DNA of 64,000 nt from a virus, in IMG/VR virus record IMGVR_UViG_3300051212_000550. One strand, given 5' to 3'. Each line of letters starts with the position of its first letter. Position 1 is the first letter of the stretch. The notes beneath the pieces were generated by a model. It searched no databases and had not been told where the DNA came from. It saw nothing but the letters and a program-made list of their open reading frames with translations. Shown here piece after piece: positions 8,656 to 16,952 of the stretch. Made by a program: the position numbers and the translations under genes.

Positions 8656-9197
8656 TATGCTGCCTTTCTATCTTCTTCTGGCAACGGCAACCCGCCATCT
8701 GGATCATCCTCTGGGCCATCGTATTCGTCACGCAGTTGACTTTGGAAGAACTTGAGCTGATCGATCATTTGTTGACAGCCTTCCCGAGTCATCAAAATTT
8801 CACTATAACCCATACTGAATGCGACACGGTTGTTATCAGTTACACCAAAACGATAGAAAATCTTTGCAGGCTCTTCTTTTTTAGGAGGAGTTACTTCTGG
8901 CATTTTTGGAACAGACTGTAGCTTTGGAAAGTCTAATACCTTGGATGTATCTTCTACCATTTTTTGAAATCCTAGAAAACTAAAAAATCCCATTACTTTA
9001 CGATCCCATTCAACGTCTATATTAAAATATCTACCAAGTGGTGGAAACACAAATGGTAGGGCTAACATAAAAATCCATGTTGCTGTGGCAATTTCTGGAC
9101 GAGCAGCATGAGTAAACGCAAGATACATACCTACACAGAAATAGACAAAGCCTGTCCAGAATAGATAGTATCCACCTGTGCGTCCAAACAATTTCAT
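8655..9197 (-). CDS. membrane protein (two N-terminal TM helices)
   Basis: ORF track; hydrophobic segments. Confidence 0.5.
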   Translation of the reverse strand: MKLFGRTGGYYLFWTGFVYFCVGMYLAFTHAARPEIATATWIFMLALPFVFPPLGRYFNIDVEWDRKVMGFFSFLGFQKMVEDTSKVLDFPKLQSVPKMPEVTPPKKEEPAKIFYRFGVTDNNRVAFSMGYSEILMTREGCQQMIDQLKFFQSQLRDEYDGPEDDPDGGLPLPEEDRKAA

Positions 9198-9325
9198 TCT
9201 GCTTTTTTCTTTTCAATAGGGGGAGGAAAATATGGTTCGATTACATAATGATTGGCACCCCACCAACCAAACGCTGATAAAAATCCCCACATTACGATTT
9301 CAAGAACCATTCATCCCCCCTTAAA

Positions 9326-10123
9326 TTATTTGCCTACGTTAACAAAACCTTTGAAGTCGTATGGAACAACAATTGCATTGACTTTGCCATTCTTGATGCC
9401 TTCGGCAATGTCTGCTTGTGCTCGAGCCTGCATGTAAGCAATACTCTGTGTGCCCTGATTGGCCAATGCCTGCATACGGCGAGCTTCTGCTTCAGCAGTC
9501 TTTACTTCAACTTCTTTCTGCTTAAGTTCGTTCTTAGCGCGAACAAGAGCGTTTGCACTTTCAACGACACTGTCTGCAGGAACAACGTTACGGATCAGTA
9601 CTTGACTGATGGTAATTGATCCATCAAGTTTTTCTTCAGCAAGGTTACGCTGGATTTCTTCTTGGATCATCTTTTCCATGTCGCTACGATTGTCTGCCAT
9701 GTCCAGTGCTTCGTATTTACGAGCTGCCTTGTAGATAGCATTACGAGCATTTTGAACAACGTAGTTATACATTACGAATGTATCACCTTTGAACTCTGCA
9801 TGGAAAGCTTTGTTCTTGGTGCTGTACAACTCTGCTACAGCCTGAGGATTGATGTTGTAGACAACTACTGCATCAAGATCTTTCATGGTGCTGTTATCTT
9901 TAGCCACAGGAGTCATGTCATTAAGTGTAACATTAACATCCTTAACTGGGAATGTAAGAACATCACCAACGATAGTCTGATTAAAACTACCTGGCAGCAG
10001 TTCTCCGGGTTGGACCTGCTTATCAAAACCAACTCGTACACCAACCTCACCGGTTTCAATACGAGTGCAGCCTGTGGCAAGAATTGCCGCGGCGAGAATA
10101 GAGAGAGTTGCGATGCGTTTCAT
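9326..10123 (-). CDS. SPFH/band-7 (prohibitin/HflC-like) lipoprotein
   Basis: lipobox LATGC; SPFH-like core and a long coiled coil (AEAEARRMQALANQG). Confidence 0.7.
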   Translation of the reverse strand: MKRIATLSILAAAILATGCTRIETGEVGVRVGFDKQVQPGELLPGSFNQTIVGDVLTFPVKDVNVTLNDMTPVAKDNSTMKDLDAVVVYNINPQAVAELYSTKNKAFHAEFKGDTFVMYNYVVQNARNAIYKAARKYEALDMADNRSDMEKMIQEEIQRNLAEEKLDGSITISQVLIRNVVPADSVVESANALVRAKNELKQKEVEVKTAEAEARRMQALANQGTQSIAYMQARAQADIAEGIKNGKVNAIVVPYDFKGFVNVGK

Positions 10124-10135
10124 CTGTGTGTTTCC

Positions 10136-10312
10136 TTAAAATAAAATTACGATAAAAGATATTGCTACGATTGATAGCAATGAACATAATGTAGCATAAC
10201 CTAGAAGTTTAGTCAACTGCCATTTCTCCTTTCCTGTCATCTGTCTTACCGTTTGAATAGTAAAGCCAAAGACCGCTGCTAGGAAAATAAATGTTGCTAT
10301 TCCTTTAATCAT
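10136..10312 (-). CDS. 58-aa two-TM membrane protein, possible NfeD-like partner of the SPFH protein
   Basis: hand-found ORF MIKGIATFIFLAAVFGF...; ATGA overlap with the upstream gene; SD AGGAAA before the SPFH start. Confidence 0.45.
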   Translation of the reverse strand: MIKGIATFIFLAAVFGFTIQTVRQMTGKEKWQLTKLLGYATLCSLLSIVAISFIVILF

Positions 10313-10830
10313 ACTACACCTTCTTTCATTTCTTTGTTGATCGCTGCTCTTAATGCCTCTTCTACAAATTCATTAAAAGTCATATCCTGCTCGTGTGCCA
10401 TCTTCATGTACTTGAACAATTCATCATCTGTAAAATCTACAGGAATTTGAACACGGGTATCGTAATCAACATTATTGACAATAGCACCGGCTTTTTCTAA
10501 GAAGTCCTCGTCGGTTTCTAGATCAACATAGTTAAGATCGTCCCAGGCTTCTTTTTTATTGATGCCGCGATCGGTTGCTTCGGATTCTAATGCAGATTTA
10601 TATTCAGGATTAATCAAACGATAAGCACGATTACGTGCATAATCATGTGCCTGGACCTCATAAACTTCTTGAGTCTTAGTATCAAAGATGATAGTAAGAC
10701 TGTGTCCTGCCTGATCCCCATTCCATGAATCTAAACAATAGGCGTTATAACCATAACAGTCCCACTGGTAGTCACTGCCTTCAGTGATGCGATAATCAAC
10801 AGTTTCCATGAATTGTTTTAGGGTAATCAT
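10309..10830 (-). CDS. hypothetical acidic protein
   Basis: ORF track. Confidence 0.5.
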   Translation of the reverse strand: MITLKQFMETVDYRITEGSDYQWDCYGYNAYCLDSWNGDQAGHSLTIIFDTKTQEVYEVQAHDYARNRAYRLINPEYKSALESEATDRGINKKEAWDDLNYVDLETDEDFLEKAGAIVNNVDYDTRVQIPVDFTDDELFKYMKMAHEQDMTFNEFVEEALRAAINKEMKEGVV

Positions 10831-11045
10831 TTTTTCTGATCCTTTTCACTTATGGGTTCAATTACTGGTTCTTGATGTTGCATAAACTGTGGAGGATAAG
10901 GATCGAACTTCCAAATCTTCAACGGCTTCCAAAATTTATGTAGAATGTTATTGATTATAACTAATCCTATGATGATTGTTATAAATCCTAACATCGTTAA
11001 AATACTACCTGCTAAAAATACTGCTGCTTGATTCATGTCCATCAA
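10827..11045 (-). CDS. small membrane protein
   Basis: ORF track; TM segment ILTMLGFITIIIGLVII. Confidence 0.5.
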   Translation of the reverse strand: MMDMNQAAVFLAGSILTMLGFITIIIGLVIINNILHKFWKPLKIWKFDPYPPQFMQHQEPVIEPISEKDQKK

Positions 11046-11467
11046 CTTTCGTCCTTTGTTTGTGTTACTTCAATTCTGGCTTTTTTATAATCAAACCAGC
11101 CCAATACTTCTGATAACGATTTACCTTCACACTGTTTAGCAATGTGTGCCGACAATAGATGTTTGAGATACGAAAAAACATCTGATCCACCGTTTACTTT
11201 TGTGTCCCATGCTCGAGTATTAAATGCGTTACTATAATACAATTTCTTATAGGTTGTCAATCGAGCTTTCTTCATTTCCGGAGTTGGATAGATTCCATAC
11301 AACTCTGCGGTCATATGAACTGCAAAAATGTGCGGCATTACTATACCATTCCAATATACCAAGTAGTCATCGTGATGCTCTAGATATACAAGAACTGGTC
11401 TAGGATCTATTAAACTCCAACTCTGTTCAGCTCTCATGAATAGTCCTCTGCTGGATTGAATTCCCAT
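11042..11467 (-). CDS. hypothetical protein
   Basis: ORF track. Confidence 0.5.
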   Translation of the reverse strand: MGIQSSRGLFMRAEQSWSLIDPRPVLVYLEHHDDYLVYWNGIVMPHIFAVHMTAELYGIYPTPEMKKARLTTYKKLYYSNAFNTRAWDTKVNGGSDVFSYLKHLLSAHIAKQCEGKSLSEVLGWFDYKKARIEVTQTKDES

Positions 11468-12069
11468 CTGCCTACGGGATTATTACGAACTGAATCTAAC
11501 AGTCCGTCAACTGGTCGATAACCATAGGTCCAATACTTGATCATACGTTTGGCCGCATCTGGTTGTAAAGGCATACGCATACGAAGATTGCGTTCACGAA
11601 TATCACGAGCAGTGTGTTCTCCGAGAATGATTTCGTTTCCGTCAGTAGCCAATTGACAAACAGAAATATCGAAGCCATCTATAACTTTTTGCATATCTGT
11701 ATAAAAGCTCTTTTTGATAATCTGAACCGTCCAGGTATTGGTATCCTTATAAACTTCTAGCGTTATAGCGTTGTCACTAGAGTGTCGTTTATTAAAACTG
11801 ATCTTATCAGTAAAAGATTGTAGTATTCTTTCTACCTGCATGGGAGAAGAACAATAAACATCAATATCACTTTCTCCCACTGGTTGAGACTGATACCACT
11901 TTAGGACAGATCCGCCAGCGATCCAAGGACCATTGTTTTTATTTGGATCAATGATAGACACTGGAACCCAATCGTCATAGTGAATCGTAGGATACTCGAC
12001 GGTATCTAATTTAGGATACGAACGAGTCTTACCTTCAAATTCCCAAATCTCTGCAAGTATAGATTTCAT
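11434..12069 (-). CDS. Pol-beta-superfamily nucleotidyltransferase (head-domain motif GGSV...x13...SDIDV)
   Basis: hG[GS]-x(9-13)-DxD signature resembles the GGAVRD...DRD motif of CCA-adding and poly(A) polymerase heads; start moved to Met 12069 (TAATG coupling with the upstream mini-ORF). Confidence 0.5.
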   Translation of the reverse strand: MKSILAEIWEFEGKTRSYPKLDTVEYPTIHYDDWVPVSIIDPNKNNGPWIAGGSVLKWYQSQPVGESDIDVYCSSPMQVERILQSFTDKISFNKRHSSDNAITLEVYKDTNTWTVQIIKKSFYTDMQKVIDGFDISVCQLATDGNEIILGEHTARDIRERNLRMRMPLQPDAAKRMIKYWTYGYRPVDGLLDSVRNNPVGRWEFNPAEDYS

Positions 12070-12245
12070 TAGCAGTGCCTCACTAGATGTCCCATGGCAG
12101 CTACGACCATATACATTCCAAACAATGTTAAACCTGTAGACCAACCTAATTTAGATTTAATTTCTTTGTCTTGTTTCCAAGCGGTATAATATGAACCACC
12201 CATAAACAAGCAGACAAATCCAATTATCAATAACGGTAGTGCCAT
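12069..12245 (-). CDS. 58-aa membrane mini-protein
   Basis: hand-found ORF MALPLLIIGFVCLFMGG...; its ATG lies 1 nt after the TAA of the upstream gene and its TAA overlaps the next ATG. Confidence 0.35.
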   Translation of the reverse strand: MALPLLIIGFVCLFMGGSYYTAWKQDKEIKSKLGWSTGLTLFGMYMVVAAMGHLVRHC

Positions 12246-12246
12246 C

Positions 12247-12723
12247 TTATTCTCCCTTGTGATCTTTGGTTAATTCACACATTAACATAAAATGCTCGTA
12301 GGCTTTACGAACGGCTTCGTTCTGCATTAGCCTGTTGGCTTCTTCCATCATCGCTTTAACACCGGCTTCTGCACAGTCGTGAATGCTTAATCCGTGAAGA
12401 GTAGTGATCTCATCTCCAAACGCTTGAGCTAAGGCGTTCCATGCAGATTTTTGTTCTGGAGTTAATGGTGTTCGTTGCGGACGTAGTTCGGAAGCTTTTG
12501 AAATAGCACGACAGATAGCATCTTCTGCTACACGACCAGCGGCAATCATGGCCGCATAATTAGGTTCGATATTGAATCTACGACTCTGGCCTCCAGGGTA
12601 ACACATCACAAGATGGTTACCTTTTGGAAAGCTGTCTAAATATTCATTGTCATACTCCGCTACAGGAACATAGCGGCGACCGACTTTTTTATATAATAGG
12701 TTGGATGATTTGGAAGATGTCAT
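12247..12723 (-). CDS. hypothetical protein
   Basis: ORF track. Confidence 0.5.
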   Translation of the reverse strand: MTSSKSSNLLYKKVGRRYVPVAEYDNEYLDSFPKGNHLVMCYPGGQSRRFNIEPNYAAMIAAGRVAEDAICRAISKASELRPQRTPLTPEQKSAWNALAQAFGDEITTLHGLSIHDCAEAGVKAMMEEANRLMQNEAVRKAYEHFMLMCELTKDHKGE

Positions 12724-13504
12724 GTGTGTCTGGGTCTAAAACTTTTTCATCAACGATGTGATTGTACATGACTTCTTTGACTTTGTCAATACGATGAGAC
12801 TTATTTTTAGCACCTAATACGATGACCACATAAGTCTTATTAAACTTTTCAACTACCATCGCTACGCACCATCCTGCAGGATTGGTAAAACCTGTTTTGG
12901 ACACAACGACAGTATCAAATTCAAAAAGTATAGGACTGTTAGTATTGTGTAGTTCTATTTTTCTTATTTTCTTTTTATATCTGGTTTCAAATAGAGCCTG
13001 TTTCTTAATACTGATTTCTTTTATTTTTGGATACTTATGAGCAGCGATCATCATCAATGATAGATCATTAATTGTTGAAACATTCTTTCGACTCAATCCT
13101 GTAGGATCATCGAAATTAGTATTTTGCATACCTAACGATTTAGCCTTTTGATTCATATCGTGCAAGAATGCTTTTCTACCTCCAGGATAATTCCTAGACA
13201 GTACTTCGGCAGCACCATTATCACTGCGAACCAGCATGGCCGTTAGAATCTGCTCTCTCGTATAATCTTTTTTAGGCAACAGCCCAGTGCCCGTCTTGAT
13301 AATCTCAGATAGGTCTTTATATTGATCTAGCATAACCATGGCAGTCATTACTTTGGTAATGCTGGCAATTGGACGAACTTCTGTGAGATCATTACCTAAC
13401 ATGATTTTATCATCCGTGTGATTATAAAGATAGGAGTTTGTTTGGCCTGCAGAACAAACTCCTGTAAACAGAGTTAGTAATATAGTTATTAAATGTCTAC
13501 GCAT
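12689..13504 (-). CDS. secreted serine-type D-Ala-D-Ala carboxypeptidase/endopeptidase (PBP5/PBP7-like, peptidase S11)
   Basis: signal peptide; SxxK (SITK), SDN (RSDNGAAE), KTG (SKTGFT). Confidence 0.75.
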   Translation of the reverse strand: MRRHLITILLTLFTGVCSAGQTNSYLYNHTDDKIMLGNDLTEVRPIASITKVMTAMVMLDQYKDLSEIIKTGTGLLPKKDYTREQILTAMLVRSDNGAAEVLSRNYPGGRKAFLHDMNQKAKSLGMQNTNFDDPTGLSRKNVSTINDLSLMMIAAHKYPKIKEISIKKQALFETRYKKKIRKIELHNTNSPILFEFDTVVVSKTGFTNPAGWCVAMVVEKFNKTYVVIVLGAKNKSHRIDKVKEVMYNHIVDEKVLDPDTHDIFQIIQPII

Positions 13505-14298
13505 AAATTAGGATCCCATCCAGTGTCTTCGCTCCACCCACTTTCCTGATGATATCCTCTAGGATTACATACAACTCTGGTATCACCAATCATATAATCA
13601 AATGGATGATGTGTATGACCGTGTGTCCACAATTTAATTTGTGGATTGTCTAACATAATCTGACTCAGGTCGCTATGATATGCACCATTCATCAGATAGT
13701 CGCTTTTGTATTGTTCGTGGCAGCTAAGAAAGCTAGGCGAATGATGTCCAACTACTACACATCGCTTGTCTTTGTGTTCACTGACAATGAGCTTGATATA
13801 TTGTATCGTTTCACGATGCCTCTCAACTGTGTCGCTAGGTTTGAGATTACGATATCCTGCTTGATCATTTCTTATTGCACGATAGTCGTTCATCATATCA
13901 CGAACAGCGTGTAGAGTCAATGGATCGTACTTATTCATATCGGTCCATAATGTACCTCCCACGAACACAACATCATCTATAATTTTAGTGTCGCGCTCTA
14001 AAAAGTACACATTGTTATGTACTCCGCAGGCCATGCGCATGTCTTCAATACTACCAAACCAATGACCACTGTCGTAGAATTCATGATTACCCATTACGAC
14101 AATCACGTGAGGAAATTGAAAACTCATACGTGCTAGAAAGTTACGAAAACGGATTCCGTATTCGCTTTGAGGTTTCAATACCTTGCTGGCAATCATGATG
14201 TCGCCGCCAAGTATTAGAACATCAGCATTGTTTTCGTTTTTAATTTCAAAACAATCTGAGAATTCTAAATGAAGATCGGAAACGATTTGAATTTTCAT
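13489..14298 (-). CDS. calcineurin-like metallophosphoesterase
   Basis: motifs SDLHLE, GGDIM, GNHEF, GHTHH. Confidence 0.75.
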   Translation of the reverse strand: MKIQIVSDLHLEFSDCFEIKNENNADVLILGGDIMIASKVLKPQSEYGIRFRNFLARMSFQFPHVIVVMGNHEFYDSGHWFGSIEDMRMACGVHNNVYFLERDTKIIDDVVFVGGTLWTDMNKYDPLTLHAVRDMMNDYRAIRNDQAGYRNLKPSDTVERHRETIQYIKLIVSEHKDKRCVVVGHHSPSFLSCHEQYKSDYLMNGAYHSDLSQIMLDNPQIKLWTHGHTHHPFDYMIGDTRVVCNPRGYHQESGWSEDTGWDPNLCVDI

Positions 14299-14369
14299 CG
14301 TCTATTTACCAAATGAAATAAAGTAATATTGTAGCAAAACTTTCAGTTTATGTCAAATATAAATACTGG

Positions 14370-14579
14370 ATGAATAATTTTGATTACGAATGGATAGTTA
14401 ACGAAAAGGGGATCTTGCTAGATCCTGAATTTGATTCTGACAGCCTAGGCTGGAAGGGTGGAGATTATTTTAAATTAGTAAATGTTAATGGTAGACAATA
14501 TCTTGTCAAACAAGATAAACTAGTTTCATTTATTAAAGATGGAGAATTATTTTCTCATCAAGGTGTTGACAAAGTCTAA
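14370..14579 (+). CDS. hypothetical small protein (divergent from neighbours)
   Basis: ORF track; TATAAATA 5 nt upstream. Confidence 0.4.
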   Translation: MNNFDYEWIVNEKGILLDPEFDSDSLGWKGGDYFKLVNVNGRQYLVKQDKLVSFIKDGELFSHQGVDKV

Positions 14580-15191
14580 CAATAATCGATGATGAGTACC
14601 ATTGTGATAATGTTTTTTCATCCAACTGTAGGATTCGAACCAGTGTTTGGTACTTTCAGGATGACATCCAATTAGTCCAATATTCTGTTTCATTATAGCC
14701 ATCGGATTGCCGTTGGCATAAGTAGAAACTATTTCATAATTGGAAGTATCGCCTACAAACGTACAACCATCATAGAAATACATTTTTTCCGGAACGCTCT
14801 TCCAAATAACATTTATGGCTTTGGCATGTGGTCTTCTGGTATCAGTATTTGGTTGTTTGATATATTGAACTACTCTTACATCATCTACGATATTAAAGTA
14901 ATCTTTATCTGCCCAATAGGCGCCCATACAAATTCCCAGATACTTGCCACCTCTGTGTAAAAACTTTTTTATGCTTTTGATATGATTCGGTAAAAGGTAG
15001 TCGAATGCATCACTATCACCAAAGCCGCCAGGAAAACATACCATGTCAACATCATCAAAGAAATCATCTTCTATCTCGTGTTTGGTAAAAATTTTAAAAG
15101 AATAGTGCGGATATAATGCTTGCATGATTCCGTTTCCACTCTGAACGGAACATTTTGGTTGATGTAAAAATATGGCTATTCTGCCATTCAT
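14547..15191 (-). CDS. class I glutamine amidotransferase-like protein
   Basis: nucleophile elbow GICMGA and HPE triad signature (GCHPE). Confidence 0.55.
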   Translation of the reverse strand: MNGRIAIFLHQPKCSVQSGNGIMQALYPHYSFKIFTKHEIEDDFFDDVDMVCFPGGFGDSDAFDYLLPNHIKSIKKFLHRGGKYLGICMGAYWADKDYFNIVDDVRVVQYIKQPNTDTRRPHAKAINVIWKSVPEKMYFYDGCTFVGDTSNYEIVSTYANGNPMAIMKQNIGLIGCHPESTKHWFESYSWMKKHYHNGTHHRLLLDFVNTLMRK

Positions 15192-15194
15192 TGA

Positions 15195-15356
15195 TCACCT
15201 ATTTGGGTTACAAATGTTATAGGATTTGAATCCATTTAAACTCATACTGGCCCATTCTTTCCAAGTGTCTTGTTTACCGATAACATAATGAGGCCAATAA
15301 TATAACTGTAGCATGAACCAGATTTGTAGATCAAACCAATCATCTATCATTTTCAT
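15195..15356 (-). CDS. 53-aa mini-protein
   Basis: hand-found ORF MKMIDDWFDLQIWFML...; ATGA overlap with the upstream gene. Confidence 0.3.
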   Translation of the reverse strand: MKMIDDWFDLQIWFMLQLYYWPHYVIGKQDTWKEWASMSLNGFKSYNICNPNR

Positions 15357-15685
15357 ATTTTTTCGCCTGACAAAATTGGTTCAGAATCCGATCCTATGGA
15401 AACAACACAGAAAAGATCTTCTGCCCATTGTTCTATAAGAGTCCAGGTTTTTGTGGTAGAATTCATATACAAGACTGATGGCAGATTAACTACAGAATTT
15501 CCTACAACTCGATGAGCCGAAAATTTAAGTATTGGTTTTTCTTGATACTTTTCTAAAACCGGAACTAATTCTTGAGCAGTAACACAGACCAGCTGAGTTC
15601 GATAAATTGTTTCTGCTTGTGCAAATAACGGAAAAAAGAAAGCCGTTACTAACGACAATCTAAGTGTATCTAGCAACGGCTTCAT
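15353..15685 (-). CDS. secreted protein (signal peptide)
   Basis: ORF track; N-terminal signal FFFPLFAQA. Confidence 0.5.
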   Translation of the reverse strand: MKPLLDTLRLSLVTAFFFPLFAQAETIYRTQLVCVTAQELVPVLEKYQEKPILKFSAHRVVGNSVVNLPSVLYMNSTTKTWTLIEQWAEDLFCVVSIGSDSEPILSGEKI

Positions 15686-15708
15686 GATAAATCCTTTAAA
15701 ATATAACT

Positions 15709-16185
15709 TTATTTATTAGCTAATGGATTATCAATTGCTTCTTTGATCTTACGATCCATTTCTTTACGCAATTCGCGTACATCTTTCTCAGTTTCTCGCT
15801 GGCTCAGTTTGGCTGTACGCTCCACGTCTTCTACAACTTTCTCTAATCTGCGTACATCAGTTTTAATATCGTTTTTGATATCCCTGGTGTAATCACCGCT
15901 TTTAGATGCTTGATCTTCCAGTACGCTCAAACGCTTGTCAAATTCTGATAAATCGGGTGCTACATATTTGGCTATTTTTTCCTTCATATCTTGATAGCCC
16001 TTGTATACTTCAAAAGCTCCATAAAGCCCACCGAGAACTGATGAAATGATACCGCCCGCGATCATTAACTTGGCTGGTGTGAAAGAATATCCACCAATGC
16101 TGATTACTGTGTTAGCACTGAGATACTTTTCTTTTGCCTCCGCTAGATCATCTACTGCTTTGTTTAAGTCTTTTTCTTCGCTCAC
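15709..16185 (-). CDS. single-pass membrane coiled-coil protein, tandem paralog A
   Basis: about 80% identical over the N-terminal 75 aa to the next gene; TM GGYSFTPAKLMIAGGIISSVLGGLYGAF. Confidence 0.6.
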   Translation of the reverse strand: MSEEKDLNKAVDDLAEAKEKYLSANTVISIGGYSFTPAKLMIAGGIISSVLGGLYGAFEVYKGYQDMKEKIAKYVAPDLSEFDKRLSVLEDQASKSGDYTRDIKNDIKTDVRRLEKVVEDVERTAKLSQRETEKDVRELRKEMDRKIKEAIDNPLANK

Positions 16186-16197
16186 TTGCTCCTCTCC

Positions 16198-16812
16198 TTA
16201 GTTAGACAGTGGATTGTCTAACGCTTTTTTAATTTTTGCATCAACTTCTGATCTTAAAGCACGAATCTCTGCTTGTATTTCTTTTTGATTTCTCGCCATC
16301 TCTTGATTATTACGAGTTATCTCTTGATTGATCTCTTTAACAGTTTGATCACTATATCTTCTAGTTTCTTTAAGAGTTTGGTCAACATCTCTCTTGATCT
16401 CCTTAACCGTCATATCAGTGTCTCTACTTGTTGTTTTGCTTGAACGCTCAACATTTTCTACAACACCTTCTAATCTACGTACATCGTTCTTGAGATCATT
16501 CTTAATAGCGTCGCTGTATTCTACAGTTTTATTTGTGCTAGCTTCAAGAACTTCTAATTTCTTATAAATTTCAGTTAGGTCTGGACTAACATATTTGGCT
16601 ATTTTTTCCTTCATATCCATATAATCTTTATAGACTTCGAATGCGCCGTAGAGTCCTCCTAAGACTGAAGAAACAATTGTTGCTGCTATCATTAGCTTGG
16701 CCGGTGTAAATGCATACCCACCAATACTAATTACAGTATTTTCACTTAGATATTTTTCTTTAGCCGCTTCTAAATCATCGACTGCTTTGTTTAAATCTTT
16801 TTCTTCGCTCAT
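16198..16812 (-). CDS. single-pass membrane coiled-coil protein, tandem paralog B (extra heptad repeats)
   Basis: ORF track 16198..16848; start moved to MSEEKDL to match its paralog. Confidence 0.6.
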   Translation of the reverse strand: MSEEKDLNKAVDDLEAAKEKYLSENTVISIGGYAFTPAKLMIAATIVSSVLGGLYGAFEVYKDYMDMKEKIAKYVSPDLTEIYKKLEVLEASTNKTVEYSDAIKNDLKNDVRRLEGVVENVERSSKTTSRDTDMTVKEIKRDVDQTLKETRRYSDQTVKEINQEITRNNQEMARNQKEIQAEIRALRSEVDAKIKKALDNPLSN

Positions 16813-16952
16813 TTTATTTTGTTCCTTTCCAAAAACCCCAAGGGTCATGTATTTTCTTTTCTACTTTCTTAGGTTCTTTGCAGTACCAAACAGCTACCGA
16901 TATCAGCACTAGTATTTCTAAAAGATAAAAAACCATAAATGCTTCGAACATA

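Noticed and set aside
14358-14365. TATAAATA (T4-type late promoter motif) 5 nt before ATG 14370
   Set aside because: It is a single occurrence. I found no recurrent TATAAATA upstream of the minus-strand structural genes, so a T4-like late promoter system is not supported
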